DNA of 64,000 nt from a virus (Duplodnaviria; Heunggongvirae; Uroviricota; Caudoviricetes). This document shows positions 61,868-64,000 of this stretch, piece after piece; the first letter of the stretch is position 1; the number at the start of each line of letters is the position of its first letter. Location: IMG/VR virus record IMGVR_UViG_3300013383_000019; one strand, 5' to 3'. The position numbers were made by a program, and so were the translations under genes. The notes beneath the pieces were generated by a model that ran no database searches, was not told the origin of the DNA, and worked only from the letters and a program-made list of their open reading frames with translations.

Positions 61868-62298
61868 TGGAAAACTATCTGCGCATCACCGGCACAAAAG
61901 AGCAGCTCGATGAAGCCGTCCTGAAACTGTGCGGCAAGAAAGGCGTCGTTAAATTTAAGCCCAGCGGCGCTTATCTTAAACAGCATCCCGCAATTCCTGA
62001 AACCGGCGTGAAGGAGAAATCTCCCGTTACATTCGATCCAGGGTTTAATGATGAGCGGCTGCTTGCCTTCAAAACGGTTTATATGCCGCCCTTTATGCTT
62101 TATAAAGGCATTACAAAGCAGCTTCCGGATATTGAAATGGAATATGCCTATATGGACCGCTCTCGGTATCATGAAGTCGGTCATGGTTTTTATAAAGCCG
62201 GTAAGACGCATAATTGCGAACAGAAAAAATTCAAAGCGTCCTCACCGCAGCTGGAACCCCTATACAGAAGCCTTCTTCAAAAAATGAAATATAATTAA
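61867..62298 (+). CDS. Hypothetical protein, 143 aa.
   Basis: Track ORF with a 1-nt overlap. Confidence 0.5.
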   Translation: MENYLRITGTKEQLDEAVLKLCGKKGVVKFKPSGAYLKQHPAIPETGVKEKSPVTFDPGFNDERLLAFKTVYMPPFMLYKGITKQLPDIEMEYAYMDRSRYHEVGHGFYKAGKTHNCEQKKFKASSPQLEPLYRSLLQKMKYN

Positions 62299-62313
62299 AA
62301 GGAGATAAATACA

Positions 62314-62502
62314 ATGCAATATATTTTTAACGCCCCTGAACCAGAGGAAATGAGCAAAGCCTTAAAGCGTCTTCTTGCCGCTCAAAAAGAATATGATGCG
62401 GCCATGAAGGAAATGAGGCGCGTTACTTTTGTCCCGTGCTTTGCAGAAATTGAAGCTACCAATGAACAGTTTTCCTCAGAGAAAAATGGGGCGGCAGAAT
62501 AA
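62314..62502 (+). CDS. Hypothetical protein, 62 aa.
   Basis: Track ORF with RBS aaggagataaataca. Confidence 0.4.
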   Translation: MQYIFNAPEPEEMSKALKRLLAAQKEYDAAMKEMRRVTFVPCFAEIEATNEQFSSEKNGAAE

Positions 62503-62505
62503 TTA

Positions 62506-62670
62506 CTGCCACCCTTCCTCGGATATAATTTTCTCCAGCAGATTATAAATTGCTTCAAGCGCATCTTTGAGCCCTGGTACATCGGCGGATTCTTGGATCT
62601 TCTCTACAGCTTCACTCAGCTTATCAAGTTCTGCGCCTATTTTCTTTTTCTCGTTGTCTGTCACATGCGC
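62506..62670 (-). CDS. Small coiled-coil protein, 54 aa, with a GTG start.
   Basis: RBS ggaggtgg; convergent with 62314..62502. Confidence 0.3.
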
Positions 62671-62721
62671 CACCTCCACTTACATTGTAACACATCGCAT
62701 TTTAGAAAGGAATATTAAAAT

Positions 62722-63045
62722 ATGAAGAAGGCAATGTTATCTCAGCCGATGGCTGGCAAAACCGAACAGGAAATTATTGAAACCCGCAACCGTGCCATTA
62801 AGGCGCTGGAGAACATGGGCTATGTTGTCGTCAATACACCCTTTACCGATGAATGGTACAACAAGGAGGCGATGACCGAGCGCGGCGTCGTTCAGATTCC
62901 CTTGTCTTTTCTCGCAAAGAGCCTTGAAAATATGAGCCTGTGTCATGCCGCTTACTTTTGCAATGGTTGGGAGCAGGCACGCGGCTGCCGGCTTGAACAT
63001 GAGGCGGCTAAGGCTTATGGGGTCGAAATTCTTTATGGGGAATGA
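62722..63045 (+). CDS. DUF4406-like protein (nucleoside deoxyribosyltransferase-like fold).
   Basis: N-terminal ..QPMAGKTEQEI and C-terminal ..GWEQARGCRLEHEAAKAYGVEI resemble DUF4406. Confidence 0.45.
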   Translation: MKKAMLSQPMAGKTEQEIIETRNRAIKALENMGYVVVNTPFTDEWYNKEAMTERGVVQIPLSFLAKSLENMSLCHAAYFCNGWEQARGCRLEHEAAKAYGVEILYGE

Positions 63046-63361
63046 TCTACCTGTCTCGTCAAAGGAGGGACTGCTTTGTATTGCTGTATGTGTGGCCGTG
63101 ATCTGACCAACGTCTTCTATGAACCGGCTGGATTATTTTCGCACGAATACATTTGCCTGGACTGTTTGAGAAAAATTAAAGGAGAATGCCATGTTCGGAA
63201 TCGCAGAGAAGAATATACTATTGACTGAACAAAAATGCTTTGACGCCGGCAAAGTGAAAATTCTTATAACAGAACATTTCGCTGCGGACGGCCAACCATT
63301 CGCCGACCTCTTCAAAGAATTCATCCTTCGCAATCTTAAAATTGCGTCTTAATTCCACTTA

Positions 63362-63370
63362 TGCTATAAT
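63362..63370 (+). promoter_or_regulatory. Extended -10 promoter (TGcTATAAT) for the serine recombinase gene.
   Basis: TGnTATAAT 50 nt upstream of the ATG at 63420; a hairpin aacccgcat-gcaa-atgtgggtt lies in the leader. Confidence 0.4.
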
Positions 63371-63419
63371 CAACCCGCATGCAAATGTGGGTTGTTTCTC
63401 TATCGAAAGGAGGATGGGA

Positions 63420-64000
63420 ATGAAACAACCCTGGGTAGCCGCTCTTTACATGCGGCTAAGCAACGATGACGGAGAGCCGGGCGACAGTGGCAGCATTGAA
63501 ACGCAGCGCCGGATTCTTCATCAATATTGCGAAGACAACAACATTGCGATTTATGATGAATACGTCGACGATGGATGGTCTGGTACAAATTTTGACCGAC
63601 CGGCGTTTCAACGTATGATGGCGGACATTGACAAAGGCGCGTTGAATTGCGTTATCACAAAAGACCTCTCCCGGTTGGGGCGCGAACACATTCAGGTGGA
63701 TCGCTACTTGGAATACGTGTTCCCTGAGAAGCGCGTCCGCTATGTGGCGGTAAACGACGGCGAAGACTCCGAGAAAGGTATGAGCGACTTCTCCCCTTTT
63801 AAGAACCTCTTCAACGAGTGGTACGCCAAAGACACCAGCCGGAAAGTAAAGGCCGCGCTAAAAGCGAAATATGAAAAAGGCGAACGCCTAGGCCCCACAC
63901 CGCCGCTCGGTTATATATGGAGTCCGAAAGAAAAAGGCAAACTCCTCATCGACGAAGACACCCGCTGGATCATCGAAAAGATATACGCGCTTGCGCTGGA
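63420..64000 (+). CDS. Large serine recombinase (resolvase/invertase N-terminal catalytic domain), N-terminal 193 codons; continues past the window end.
   Basis: AALYMRLSNDDGEPGDSGSIETQ (catalytic Ser-containing motif) and VITKDLSRLGRE; RBS aaaggagg. Confidence 0.75.
   Translation, partial: MKQPWVAALYMRLSNDDGEPGDSGSIETQRRILHQYCEDNNIAIYDEYVDDGWSGTNFDRPAFQRMMADIDKGALNCVITKDLSRLGREHIQVDRYLEYVFPEKRVRYVAVNDGEDSEKGMSDFSPFKNLFNEWYAKDTSRKVKAALKAKYEKGERLGPTPPLGYIWSPKEKGKLLIDEDTRWIIEKIYALAL

Overview
The whole 64 kb window reads as one large phage or prophage segment, probably from a Firmicutes/Clostridia-type host, with roughly 55-60% GC. It is dense with genes and has no rRNA, tRNA or CRISPR array that I can see. 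Coordinates I derived by hand may be off by about 1 nt.

From left to right:
- 1-3.9 kb: a minus-strand block of small hypothetical genes plus an AEP-family primase-polymerase.
- 0.4-1.9 kb, inside that block: three plus-strand tandem cassettes, each a promoter plus a small membrane ORF.
- 3.95-5.85 kb: a 1.9 kb non-coding control region. It holds two tandem 90 bp repeat modules, short CTTCGGCC-type iterons, an AT-rich stretch and a 200 bp polypyrimidine tract that is G4-capable on the minus strand.
- 8.1-14.8 kb: an operon of about 25 tightly coupled small early genes.
- 14.9-22 kb: a four-HTH regulator, a DUF932-like protein, three Bro-N/KilA-C antirepressors, and an inverted third copy of the 90 bp module.
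- 23.5-27 kb: a defence-type island. It has an AAA_21-like ATPase with a small PD-(D/E)xK-like partner, and an AbiEi/AbiEii pair.
- 27.7-63 kb: an RHH regulator plus tyrosine recombinase, then a replication, repair and nucleotide-metabolism module. It contains:
  - replication and recombination proteins: Sak4-like recombinase, SSB, primase-helicase, a DnaE-type polymerase with a LAGLIDADG intein, a RuvC-like resolvase and a Cas4-like nuclease;
  - regulators: two sigma-factor-like proteins;
  - an ADP-ribosylation group: ATP-dependent DNA ligase, a Macro-domain protein and a WGR-PARP;
  - nucleotide metabolism: ThyX, dUTPase, SHMT, NrdD with a mini-intein, NrdG, an NrdH-like redoxin and two FTR-like proteins;
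  - other proteins: an SPFH protein, PhoH, a ClpP-like peptidase and two HicA toxins.
- 63.4 kb to the end: a partial large serine recombinase.

The most striking observation is that at least twelve otherwise recognisable genes carry in-frame TAG codons, and never in-frame TAA or TGA. They are a PAPS-reductase-like gene, a RemA/DUF370-like gene, the RuvC-like gene, the NrdH-like gene, two HicA paralogs, and six small membrane-protein cassettes that each have their own promoter. Most other genes end in TAA or TGA, and a few early genes end in TAG. This pattern points to conditional amber-codon read-through (stop-codon recoding) in this phage. Alignments put the TAG at conserved Leu or other hydrophobic positions, so Leu is a candidate identity. 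I did not see a suppressor tRNA in the window.
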